Shown here in pieces: positions 41,203 through 50,754 of a stretch of 64,000 nt of DNA (position 1 is the stretch's first letter; the number at the start of each line of letters is the position of its first letter). Under the pieces are notes generated by a model. That model ran no database searches. It was not told the DNA's origin and saw only the letters and a list, made by a program, of their open reading frames with translations. Source of the DNA: a virus (taxonomy: Duplodnaviria > Caudoviricetes); the IMG/VR virus record IMGVR_UViG_3300027759_000043; one strand, written 5' to 3'. A program made the translations under genes and the position numbers.

Positions 41203-42167
41203 AATTTTTAGTAACAGGCGGCTTGGGTCTTATTGGACACAACGTAGTCCAACGACTACAAAAACGCGGCGAAGATGTTGTGATTGTAGATAACCGCACC
41301 ACGTATGGTATCGTACCACAAGACGAACTAGATTACTTGATGGCAGAACGTTGGAAAAAGATTGACCCAACAGATGTATACTATACAGATATTGCTGATG
41401 GTGCCAAGTTTGATCAAATTGTAAAGAATCACAAACCCGAAGTGATCATACACATGGCGAGTTTTCCTAGACAGAAAGTTGTTAATTCCAACCCTGCGGC
41501 TGGCGCCAGGATTATGATGGAAGGCTTGATGAACATTTGTGAGAGTGCCAAAAAGCACGGTGTTGAGCGTGTGGTATATATAAGTTCGAGCATGGTGTAC
41601 GGGGACTTTGAAGACCAAGTGGAGGAAGAAGCAGAGTGCAAGCCCATTGGCCAATACGGCATCATGAAACTGGCAGGAGAAGACATTGTCCGAGACTACC
41701 ATAGACGCGGCGCTTTTGATTACGCTATTGTTCGCCCTAGTGCTGTGTATGGCCCACTTGATGTGGAGGACCGGGTGGTTGCAAAGTTTATGCTCCAGGC
41801 CATGCGTGGTGAGGTTCTCCGAGTTAACGGAGCCTCGGAAACACTTGACTTCACGTATGTTGATGATGCGGCAGATGGTATTGTTGCGGCGGCCACAAGA
41901 ATTATGGCGGCAAATCGTACATATAATATTACCCGATCACATTCGGTAAGTTTGCTAGAAGCCGCCGAAATGATTGTGAAGATTGTGGGTAAGGGTACTA
42001 TTGAGTGTCGTGATAGAGATGCAGACTTCCCCACACGTGGTGCATTGTGTATTGATCGCGCACGAGTGATCCTGGGCTTTGATCCCCGAGTAGACGTTGA
42101 AGAAGGATTCCAAAATTACTACAACTGGCTTAACAATTCCGTTTACTGGTCTAAGAAAACAGTATAA
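41199..42167 (+). CDS. NAD-dependent NDP-sugar epimerase/dehydratase
   Basis: VTGGLGLIG, ISSSMVYG, YGIMK (YxxxK), DFTYVDD. Confidence 0.9.
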   Translation: MKFLVTGGLGLIGHNVVQRLQKRGEDVVIVDNRTTYGIVPQDELDYLMAERWKKIDPTDVYYTDIADGAKFDQIVKNHKPEVIIHMASFPRQKVVNSNPAAGARIMMEGLMNICESAKKHGVERVVYISSSMVYGDFEDQVEEEAECKPIGQYGIMKLAGEDIVRDYHRRGAFDYAIVRPSAVYGPLDVEDRVVAKFMLQAMRGEVLRVNGASETLDFTYVDDAADGIVAAATRIMAANRTYNITRSHSVSLLEAAEMIVKIVGKGTIECRDRDADFPTRGALCIDRARVILGFDPRVDVEEGFQNYYNWLNNSVYWSKKTV

Positions 42168-43212
42168 TAATCTCCGCACAGAAATCCTGGACGCCACAGA
42201 TGAAGTGTTGCGTTCGGGTATTCTCATGGGCGGTAACTATACTGCTGAGTTTGAAAACTGGCTGGCCCAAAAGAATCATGTGAGTTATGCTGTGACTTGC
42301 CACTCAGGCACACAAGCACTTGAGATATTGGCTGGTTTCTACCGCGATATGGACTTGGCGTTTATTAAGCCTCCCACAGTGATTGTGCCAGCACTAACGT
42401 ATCCGGCCACTGCTAATGCTTTCCTACGAGCAGGTTGGTCGGTCATAATTGGGGACACTGACTACTACGGTCAGATTGATGTGAGAAAAATGATCAATGA
42501 CTTGGACACACACTATCATGCTGTGTGTGCTGTTGGCCTGTATGGTGCGGCCCTACGTGACATGCGGCCAGTCGAAAGTCGTGCTTTGTTAATTGAAGAT
42601 GCGGCTCAGCACTGGTTAAGCGACGGGTGTAAGAGACAAGGTAGTGCCACTGCTATCAGTTTTGATCCCACAAAGAACTTGGCCAACTATGGCAATGGTG
42701 GTGCCATAGTGTCAGATGATCGTAATCTCTTGGACTATGCAAGAAACTGGGTCAACAATGGCAAGCATACTAGACACGCTGAAACTGGCACAAACTCAAG
42801 AATGAGTGAAACAGATTGTGCTCAGATGATGATCAAGACACGTTATATTGATGCTTGGCAAAAACGACGGGCTGAGATTGCCAATCACTGGATCGAACGA
42901 TTAAAGAACACAGGCATACGTACCCTAATAGATGATACCAACTTTTCAACGCATTGTTATCATAAGTTTGTAATTGAAGTGGATGCCAGAGATATTGTGC
43001 AACGTAATCTTGCCATACGCAAGATCGAAACCAAGGTACACTATGCTGAACCCTTGCACGAACTGCTTGCATACAGAAGTCTTGCTGGTCCTGACTTGTT
43101 GAGTCCGGCAAGTGCGCTGAGTCGGCGTTGTCTAAGTCTTCCTATCTACCCTGAGTTGTCAGACTTGGAAGTAGAATACATTATTGATCAGTTGTTAGAT
43201 TGTGTCAACTAA
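42097..43212 (+). CDS. DegT/DnrJ/EryC1/StrS-family sugar aminotransferase
   Basis: SGTQAL, IEDAAQ, SFDPTKNL..GNGG, NSRM, LSLPIYP; start uncertain. Confidence 0.9.
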   Translation: MKKDSKITTTGLTIPFTGLRKQYNNLRTEILDATDEVLRSGILMGGNYTAEFENWLAQKNHVSYAVTCHSGTQALEILAGFYRDMDLAFIKPPTVIVPALTYPATANAFLRAGWSVIIGDTDYYGQIDVRKMINDLDTHYHAVCAVGLYGAALRDMRPVESRALLIEDAAQHWLSDGCKRQGSATAISFDPTKNLANYGNGGAIVSDDRNLLDYARNWVNNGKHTRHAETGTNSRMSETDCAQMMIKTRYIDAWQKRRAEIANHWIERLKNTGIRTLIDDTNFSTHCYHKFVIEVDARDIVQRNLAIRKIETKVHYAEPLHELLAYRSLAGPDLLSPASALSRRCLSLPIYPELSDLEVEYIIDQLLDCVN

Positions 43213-44025
43213 ATGATTAAAATTGATTTTCACGGCAGTACCCACGGGCATTTTTTAGAATATGTTGCCAACGTTTATATTATGCAAACTGTGGCAAGTC
43301 AGGCCAGCATATTTAAACCACCCACTTATTCAGCACATGCACCAGATCAAAATTATCTAGAAAATCGTATGATCAGGTGTGGACATTACTCAGATACAAA
43401 TTATCCCCAGTATGAAATCAATAACGATGATCAAGTAATTCGAATAATAATTGATACAAATAGTGACAATATGTTTTTTGTGTCACTGACTAATTTGATG
43501 TTTAAAGCAGGTGACGTGGGTCTTGAAAAACAACTATTATCTATACCTGAGCATGTAAGAAAAAACAAAGTTGAATATAGGAATAATTGGTACAGCAAAT
43601 TTAATGAGAGAGATACATACGTAAATCATTATACTAATTTTATACCGCTCACTAATCCTGTATTTAATTTTCACTTTGAATCATTTTTTTCCTTCAAAGA
43701 TTTTTGCACAGAGTTAGAACAACTGGCTATGTTTCTCAATCAAACATTTTTTCCTGATGCTTCCTTGTACAATCTTTGGTCAGAATTTATAAGTTATAAT
43801 CAAGGTTGGCAGTCGCATATCAAATGTAATCAACTGTTAGAAAATATGTTTGCTGGAAAGTCTACTAATATAGACTGTACTGTGATTGAAGAAGGATGGA
43901 TAAATTACAATTTATCCAAGACCTGCAGAATGTATGGAGGTCAAATGTTTGAGCAGGAAGAATACCCAACAAACACAGAATTAGCATACAAAATTATTCA
44001 GGATCACCTTAGTACTTTGAGATAA
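43213..44025 (+). CDS. Hypothetical protein (AT-rich)
   Basis: ORF track. Confidence 0.6.
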   Translation: MIKIDFHGSTHGHFLEYVANVYIMQTVASQASIFKPPTYSAHAPDQNYLENRMIRCGHYSDTNYPQYEINNDDQVIRIIIDTNSDNMFFVSLTNLMFKAGDVGLEKQLLSIPEHVRKNKVEYRNNWYSKFNERDTYVNHYTNFIPLTNPVFNFHFESFFSFKDFCTELEQLAMFLNQTFFPDASLYNLWSEFISYNQGWQSHIKCNQLLENMFAGKSTNIDCTVIEEGWINYNLSKTCRMYGGQMFEQEEYPTNTELAYKIIQDHLSTLR

Positions 44026-44030
44026 AATTA

Positions 44031-45839
44031 TCAATCAGTTGTTAGAGATCGTTTGATAAACGCATACGTGGCCAGCCAACTCCACTCATAACTCTTTTTA
44101 AGGGCCTCAAAATCCCCACCAACTTCTTCGTAATATTCAACAGCATCTTGAGCGCCTTTAGAACTCCACTGGCCTGCACCGTGGTCTACTTTGAGCCAGG
44201 CATTTAATCTGTATTCGTTTTCTACGTCAGGTAAACTGGCCCGCAATTTTAAACATTCTCTAAATGCTGTGCGCCAGGCAACCCAGTTTGAGGTGTAGTA
44301 TATGGCTTCGCCTGACAGTACAGGTACTACTTCGTGCGGTTGATCTAGTGTAAAGTCCAAGCCTGTGCCTGTATTCTCCAGCACTAATTTCTTGTTGTAA
44401 GCAATCATGCCTTGATGACCGTATTCAAGATCGTTGATGGTGTTTTTTGCGTGAAAGATATAGTGCTTGGCCTGTTGCATACGGTCAGGTTGCCAGGACC
44501 AATCAAAGTGTTGATTCACTCGCAATTTAGCAAACACAGCAAAGAACCAAGGCGTGGTGCTCATTCGGGCCGCGGCATGATAGGCCGCCACACGACCTGT
44601 TACTCCATCCGACCAGTGTATGCGATTGGGCACATGTCTAGCCACAGTTTCCAACCAACTGTATAATTCAATGGCATCTTTCTCACCGTTGCTGATAAAC
44701 ACAATGTCTAGGGACTGATCTTTTAATACACGAAGCGTTTTGTCTATGTAGGCGTAATCGTACAACTGTGTCTTTATCTCACCCACTGCGGCACGGGGCA
44801 CAATCACGCTGGCTGCCCCTGTACTTAACGGCACAATAGTTTTGGTTTCTTGACGCCATAGCGGAACTGTGGCCAAGTTTTCATGCACGTAATCTGTTGT
44901 GGTATACACAGCAAGTGGCCCATCAAACGGCAATGCTCGAACTGCTTCGGCTTGACTGTCATAGTTGTGTTCCACAACAGGCATAGGTCTACGTGGCACG
45001 CTGGTTGCAACAAAGTTACAGTCATACCATTCCAACAAAGCCGCACGTTCAGCACGGTGAGCAAATGTAGGCACATGCATGAAGAATGTATCACCAAACT
45101 TTTCTCCATCTGACGCAAATACATGTAGCATACTGGCTTGCCATTGCTCAGGATGCCAAGAGAAATCAAAGTTGCTGTAGTCACAAATGCTAGAACAAAT
45201 CCACACAAACTCGTGTTCATCACCTATGCTCTTGGCCAAGCGGATCAAGGTATCCTTGTAATTGTCAAAGTAACGCACACGTCGTGTGGTGTTAGCAATA
45301 TTACCGGCCGCACCATCCATATGATCAATTTCGTATATGGCTGTGGCCACTCTGCTGGTTGTCACACGTATTTGATCTACAAACTTTAGATCGACAGCAC
45401 CGGGCACATGATACTGTGGACCTCCTGTGCGTTGATGTTGTGTACCAAATTGATATATGTAGGGTGGCTCTGTAGAATCTGGGTGCCAACTCCAATCAAA
45501 ACTGTTAGTATCAATTCCTTTAGGAACTTTCCAACAATCTTTTTCTTTGTGTATGCGATTTACTATTGGTGCGGTATGATAATTAGTATCAGTATAGCCT
45601 TCTCTAGGCACAAGATATATGCCTGAATCTTTTTGCCATTGACTGGCCCAAGCATGACGTTGATGTGCTTGCCACGGCACCGGTTCCCAAAGAAAATCCC
45701 AGTCACTGAGATCCGCTAAGTATGTGACCCACCAAAAATACCTAGTACGGCATTGTTGTTGGGATTGTTCAATTGATTCTACCAACCGCTCGTGCGGAAA
45801 TAAACAAGGCTTAGTGCCAGTATAAAATATATCAAACAT
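44031..45839 (-). CDS. Large GT-like protein with Trp-rich internal repeats
   Basis: D(W/F)xW(H/Q/E)P repeats; C-terminal domain similar to 62352-63278. Confidence 0.55.
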   Translation of the reverse strand: MFDIFYTGTKPCLFPHERLVESIEQSQQQCRTRYFWWVTYLADLSDWDFLWEPVPWQAHQRHAWASQWQKDSGIYLVPREGYTDTNYHTAPIVNRIHKEKDCWKVPKGIDTNSFDWSWHPDSTEPPYIYQFGTQHQRTGGPQYHVPGAVDLKFVDQIRVTTSRVATAIYEIDHMDGAAGNIANTTRRVRYFDNYKDTLIRLAKSIGDEHEFVWICSSICDYSNFDFSWHPEQWQASMLHVFASDGEKFGDTFFMHVPTFAHRAERAALLEWYDCNFVATSVPRRPMPVVEHNYDSQAEAVRALPFDGPLAVYTTTDYVHENLATVPLWRQETKTIVPLSTGAASVIVPRAAVGEIKTQLYDYAYIDKTLRVLKDQSLDIVFISNGEKDAIELYSWLETVARHVPNRIHWSDGVTGRVAAYHAAARMSTTPWFFAVFAKLRVNQHFDWSWQPDRMQQAKHYIFHAKNTINDLEYGHQGMIAYNKKLVLENTGTGLDFTLDQPHEVVPVLSGEAIYYTSNWVAWRTAFRECLKLRASLPDVENEYRLNAWLKVDHGAGQWSSKGAQDAVEYYEEVGGDFEALKKSYEWSWLATYAFIKRSLTTD

Positions 45840-46992
45840 GATCAGAATAGACGAAATTTACGAAAATACATTTTTACCTTGGGTAAGAAAAAACTGCCCC
45901 GACACTGCAATATTTTACTGCGATCCATTTGGGCGTAGCGATCATGATAGTATCCTGTGCAGAGGCTTGCCAGACGGTGGAGAGAAAAATAGCATATTCT
46001 TTTTTGATCAAGAGCCTGTACAACTTAGTATTCATTTACCTACTTTTCAGTCTTTCAATTTGAGAAATGTACAAGGTATTAAAGAAAAAAAATTTGTAGT
46101 AACCAGCGAAACCAACAGTGACAATGTAGATTATATATGCAAAGCGTTTGAATTGCAACCTTTTTATTATTTCTTTCACGGCTGGGCCGCACTAGACTGG
46201 TATCGAGGGTACGATCGAACCTTTTTAATAACTCCCCCTGAACAACGGCATATTAAGAAAACTTTCTTCAGTGCCAATCGAATTATTGGAGGCGAACGTA
46301 GTCATCGGGTGGTTCAATTGTATCATTTTAAATTGTTTGATCTGATGCATAATCATATCAGTGCGCCACTAATATGTCCGGTGGAAAATCAACATATCGC
46401 TGATATTGCTGACTTCTATAAACATAGGTATCCTGAAAATTATCCAATCAGAGGGACAGATTATAGAGGCGGCATAATAGAAATAATTGCCCAAATGGAT
46501 TTGCCAAAATTATTTCCTGGGGAAGATACTCAACGTATGAGTAGTTGTTGGCTGGATCAATTTGAATTATGTGCAGAGAGTCTTATATATCATGTAAGTG
46601 AAACAATATTTTTTGGACGTAGACAACATCTAACTGAGAAAACTTTTAAACCCATAGCACTAGGTATGCCTTTTGTATTGAGTGCCCCTGCAGGTAGTCT
46701 AGCATATCTTCAACAATATGGTTTCAAAACGTTTGACACTATTTGGGATGAGCATTACGACACTGTAAAAGATGATAGTCTTCGAATTGGAATTCTAACT
46801 CGATTGTTAAAAAAAATAGATCAACAAAGTGAACAAGAAAAAAACGAAATGTTTAAAAAATGCATTCCAATTATAGAGCATAACTGGAATCACTTTTATC
46901 ATGGTGGATTTGAAAAAATCTTGTGGGCAGAATTGACTGCAATGCTAGACAATCTTAAGGTAGCCGTACAAGGTGATTTATCTAGCCATTGA
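45838..46992 (+). CDS. GT10-like glycosyltransferase family protein
   Basis: VSETIF..LTEKTFKPI..PF..GFKTF..WDEHYD. Confidence 0.6.
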   Translation: MIRIDEIYENTFLPWVRKNCPDTAIFYCDPFGRSDHDSILCRGLPDGGEKNSIFFFDQEPVQLSIHLPTFQSFNLRNVQGIKEKKFVVTSETNSDNVDYICKAFELQPFYYFFHGWAALDWYRGYDRTFLITPPEQRHIKKTFFSANRIIGGERSHRVVQLYHFKLFDLMHNHISAPLICPVENQHIADIADFYKHRYPENYPIRGTDYRGGIIEIIAQMDLPKLFPGEDTQRMSSCWLDQFELCAESLIYHVSETIFFGRRQHLTEKTFKPIALGMPFVLSAPAGSLAYLQQYGFKTFDTIWDEHYDTVKDDSLRIGILTRLLKKIDQQSEQEKNEMFKKCIPIIEHNWNHFYHGGFEKILWAELTAMLDNLKVAVQGDLSSH

Positions 46993-48160
46993 TCATAGAG
47001 ATCCTGCGACAGGTAGGCCCATGCCCAATGGTATTCCATTGAGCCAACATCATTTGATCGAACTCATGGATGGTTATAGACTAGACTATCCTAGAATCAT
47101 ATATTACCTGCATCAGTGTCAGATTCCTATGAAAATAGTTTCAACAGTTGATGCACCTGCAGGTGCTTGGTACCCTGTTGTACTTGGATGGTTTGATTTT
47201 TCAGCAGACTATCTTGCCATGATTGATACTGCCGCATACAAGTATATCAAACAAAAACAAATGAAGTTGATATTTACGTATCATGAAGGTGATAATCCTG
47301 CTTGTATACGAGAACGTATCAATCATTTGTGTGCTGACCATGCAATAGATCCTGAACAGGTATGGTTGATAAGTGGTAACACATCGGCTGATCTTGTGCC
47401 CGGTTGTGTGTACTGGCCTGAGTTAGAATTTATGTATTGGCGCACCGTGGATCGATCAGCAGGTGCCCGGTATCATCTGCGCCCAAGAAGTCGAGCGTTT
47501 ACTGGCCTATGTAGAATAGACAAACTGTGGCGCAAAGTATTCATGAGCGAACTATGGGCCGATGATTTACATAAAAATGGATATTTTAGTTACAATCAAC
47601 ATCTATTAGGCGGTGAGGATGACTATTTTGGTTGTGCGTTGAACAACAGTTATTTGTCTAACAAACAATCGCAAGTTGACCAATTTATCGCCGCAGGACC
47701 ATTTCGTGTGGACCAACTAAACACAGACTCTCATAACAACTATGCGGCCAATATGACCAACCTCTATGAGGACAGTTATTTCAATATTGTGTTGGAAACC
47801 ATGATTGATGTGGACGATTCAGGTGGGGAGTTTCTGACAGAAAAAACATTCAAGCCTATATTCAACAATCAATTTTTTATCACGGTTAGCGGCGCCAATC
47901 ATATGGCACATCTACGTGAACTAGGGTATCAATCTTTTGGTCTTGTGATAGATGAACACTATGACACAATAGAAAACAATCAAGAGCGATTTGAAGCGGT
48001 GCTGGCGCTTACTAAAGATTTGTGTGCTAGACCATTGACAGAGTTGCACTCGATCTATCAGCAGTTACAACCGGAAATCACACACAACCATCAAGTATTT
48101 GTAGCAGGTATGGGTCACCGACTACAAGCAGTGGTTGATCGCATCAACTGCAAACCTTAA
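46973..48160 (+). CDS. GT10-like glycosyltransferase family protein
   Basis: VLETM..LTEKTFKPI..LGYQSF..IDEHYD. Confidence 0.6.
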   Translation: MIYLAIDHRDPATGRPMPNGIPLSQHHLIELMDGYRLDYPRIIYYLHQCQIPMKIVSTVDAPAGAWYPVVLGWFDFSADYLAMIDTAAYKYIKQKQMKLIFTYHEGDNPACIRERINHLCADHAIDPEQVWLISGNTSADLVPGCVYWPELEFMYWRTVDRSAGARYHLRPRSRAFTGLCRIDKLWRKVFMSELWADDLHKNGYFSYNQHLLGGEDDYFGCALNNSYLSNKQSQVDQFIAAGPFRVDQLNTDSHNNYAANMTNLYEDSYFNIVLETMIDVDDSGGEFLTEKTFKPIFNNQFFITVSGANHMAHLRELGYQSFGLVIDEHYDTIENNQERFEAVLALTKDLCARPLTELHSIYQQLQPEITHNHQVFVAGMGHRLQAVVDRINCKP

Positions 48161-49622
48161 CACTATACAACTGCTCAAAACGATCTGCATCTGCACGATC
48201 ATTCACCATGGGTTCGCCACGTATGTTAAGACTGGTGTTCAACAACATAGGGCATCCTGTTAACACGTACCATTTCTCTAGTAGTTCTCTTATGCCCGAA
48301 CCGTCCCGCGCCACAGTCTGTACTCGGCTGGTACCATCAACATGACATATAGCAGGAGTAAGGTCAGGCTGGCGACACCTAGCGACTGACTGCATATAAG
48401 GACTATGATGCCAACCCACTGGCATATCAAAATAGTCATGAACCACCTCAGCCAATATAACCGGGGCAAAAGGCCTAAACTGTTGTCTACGTTTGATTTC
48501 ATTCACTTTCTCCTTGATCTCGCTGCCTCTAGGGTCTGCAAGGAGGCTACGGTTTCCCAGTGCGCGGGGGCCGAACTCGGCTCTTCCTGATGCCACTCCG
48601 ACAATTTTGTCACTAACAAGCCGATCCAACAACTGGTTAACAGGATAAACACCTGGAATGCAATGGCCGAGATAACTGTCCCGCCAGTTAATTCTACTCC
48701 CAAGAGCCAAAGCGGCAGCACCGAGACTGCTACCAGCATCACCGGGGCAAGGCATAATCCAGATTTTGTCAAAGTAATCTCCTAACATGCGGTTGGCTGT
48801 GCAATTTAGTGCCACCCCACCCATATATACCAGATTTGAACTAAAACCTGTGTTTCTGGCACGAATCATTACTTGTCGAATAAGATCCTCTGCTACCAGT
48901 TGCCCAGAGGCCGCAATGTTTTCATTGCTGGCGCCCTTTAAGAAATCCTCACTCATTCCTGTGTGAAAGTTTTGCTTTAGTTCAATATCACGATCGTTTG
49001 CAATCACATGTGAACGCATGTCATGATACCACGTGTTACGACCCCAGGCAGCCATGCCCATAGTGATGTATTCTTCGTCTAGTGGGTGTAGGCCAATACG
49101 CTGGGTGACTGCACTGTAAAATAACCCAATGCTGTGTGGATAAACCTGTCTCCACAATCTCTTGTACCGGGCCTGGCCTTTTGAATCATATTCTGCACCC
49201 CATATACTAATAGTATCCCATTCACCAATTGCATCTATTACCACTACTGTGGCACGTTCAAAAGGTGACGTTTGAAAACCCCCTGCCGCATGCGATAAAT
49301 GATGATTATAACTATGCACCTTTGTGGGTTCAATTTGTCTACCCAGTTGTTTCTTTAATATCTGCTGGGTGGTGAGTTTGTCCCATTCAATACCTTGACC
49401 TGCGTACCATTGTCGTGCTTGTTTTGCCCAAGGGCGTTCATAGTAAGCAACCACTTCAGGACCATATGCAAGAACTTCGTCTAGCAGACCTTGACAAAAG
49501 TCTGCATCATTTTTCTTTTTGCTATAACGCTCTGAATGGCCGGCAAACAATATCTCCCCGTCAAGGCTTATGACTGTTGCAGCCGCATCATGAAAGCCAG
49601 CAGAGATGCCCAGGATGTTCAT
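48144..49622 (-). CDS. Carbamoyltransferase (NodU/CmcH/TobZ family)
   Basis: GISAGFHDAA, HHLSHA, DAIGE, GGVALNC, GPRALGNRS, RPFAP, LNTSLN. Confidence 0.92.
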   Translation of the reverse strand: MNILGISAGFHDAAATVISLDGEILFAGHSERYSKKKNDADFCQGLLDEVLAYGPEVVAYYERPWAKQARQWYAGQGIEWDKLTTQQILKKQLGRQIEPTKVHSYNHHLSHAAGGFQTSPFERATVVVIDAIGEWDTISIWGAEYDSKGQARYKRLWRQVYPHSIGLFYSAVTQRIGLHPLDEEYITMGMAAWGRNTWYHDMRSHVIANDRDIELKQNFHTGMSEDFLKGASNENIAASGQLVAEDLIRQVMIRARNTGFSSNLVYMGGVALNCTANRMLGDYFDKIWIMPCPGDAGSSLGAAALALGSRINWRDSYLGHCIPGVYPVNQLLDRLVSDKIVGVASGRAEFGPRALGNRSLLADPRGSEIKEKVNEIKRRQQFRPFAPVILAEVVHDYFDMPVGWHHSPYMQSVARCRQPDLTPAICHVDGTSRVQTVARDGSGIRELLEKWYVLTGCPMLLNTSLNIRGEPMVNDRADADRFEQLYSVKVCS

Positions 49623-49720
49623 TTGTAGATAAATGGATCTCGCTTGCGTAGTTCTTTTAATTTTTTACGATAACGAATTTCTAATGTAATTCTTGCCCAA
49701 AGTCTTTTAAACCAATTCAT
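49619..49720 (-). CDS. 33-aa basic peptide MNWFKRLWARITLEIRYRKKLKELRKRDPFIYK
   Basis: Exactly fills the gap with ATGA overlaps on both sides. Confidence 0.7.
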   Translation of the reverse strand: MNWFKRLWARITLEIRYRKKLKELRKRDPFIYK

Positions 49721-50754
49721 TTTATATTCCTAATTTGTTGTTCTGCGTAGTCTGGATCACTCCAGTGATACTCATATGTAGCCTGTGCTGTACTGGTACG
49801 TATTTTATACACGTTTTGATGTTGACTCAATTGCGAGTATATGTTGTCCCAGTCTTCTGTACCAAACGACCTCGAGAGATCAACTTGCCCGATGCAAGGG
49901 TGGCCGATTGTAAGACTTGCATCATCTGGGTCAAATCCATTCCGTTCAAGCCATAGTCGAAATTCTGCCAACTGCTTGATTTGCCAAGGGAATGAGCCGG
50001 GATCACGGGCCCATTCAATATCAAAGTCACCAGCCGCTTGAGTCTGGACACGTAGTCCTGTAGTAACCAATTCTGAAATTCTCGAATCTCTACCTTCATC
50101 TTGAAATACCTCCCAGTGATGCTTGCCCACTGCTTTATTTACACCCACATACACACCGCCCAATTTTCTGTTGATTGTGTCTATACCAAACAATTCTAAA
50201 TCTTCAGCATCTAATTCATAGCGCGGAGCGTTTAACCAACACATGAGTTGTGATGGTCTGCGCCATTCAGGTGCAGTTCGGGCTTTGCGTATGCTAAGTA
50301 CCAGGCTTTCAAACTCATGACATAGCAAATTTAACTGGCGTATGTGCCAACGTGTGTAGTCATCGGCTGAATCATAATAGGAACTCATGGCTCCGGCTGT
50401 TCCTTGTAAGTCTTCAAAGTAACGATGCAGTTGATTCATGTGTGCATGATCCACCCCTCCATTGTCAGCAACGGTGTTGGCCGGGGAGAAGAAGTCTTGT
50501 ATGGTATAGCCTAGGTTGGCTGAGTTGATGGCGTGTATACTGCGATTGATTTGAGTACACAGGTATTCAGGATTGCGAGCACTTTCAGCCCAACCCAACC
50601 AGCAGTAATTCTTTTCCAAATGTAGATTATTTTGAATAATATTATTCAACGCCGCAAGCCATTTACGGCTGAGACTGTTGTCCTCGACATCTATGTGTAC
50701 CGTTAAAATTTCATTGTTATGACCGCGCAGGTCCATTTCGATATGATCAAGCAA
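49717..50754 (-). CDS. Hypothetical protein in radical SAM cluster
   Basis: 345-aa ORF; NQLHRYFE and LNLLCHEFE His-containing helices. Confidence 0.65.
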   Translation of the reverse strand: MLDHIEMDLRGHNNEILTVHIDVEDNSLSRKWLAALNNIIQNNLHLEKNYCWLGWAESARNPEYLCTQINRSIHAINSANLGYTIQDFFSPANTVADNGGVDHAHMNQLHRYFEDLQGTAGAMSSYYDSADDYTRWHIRQLNLLCHEFESLVLSIRKARTAPEWRRPSQLMCWLNAPRYELDAEDLELFGIDTINRKLGGVYVGVNKAVGKHHWEVFQDEGRDSRISELVTTGLRVQTQAAGDFDIEWARDPGSFPWQIKQLAEFRLWLERNGFDPDDASLTIGHPCIGQVDLSRSFGTEDWDNIYSQLSQHQNVYKIRTSTAQATYEYHWSDPDYAEQQIRNIK

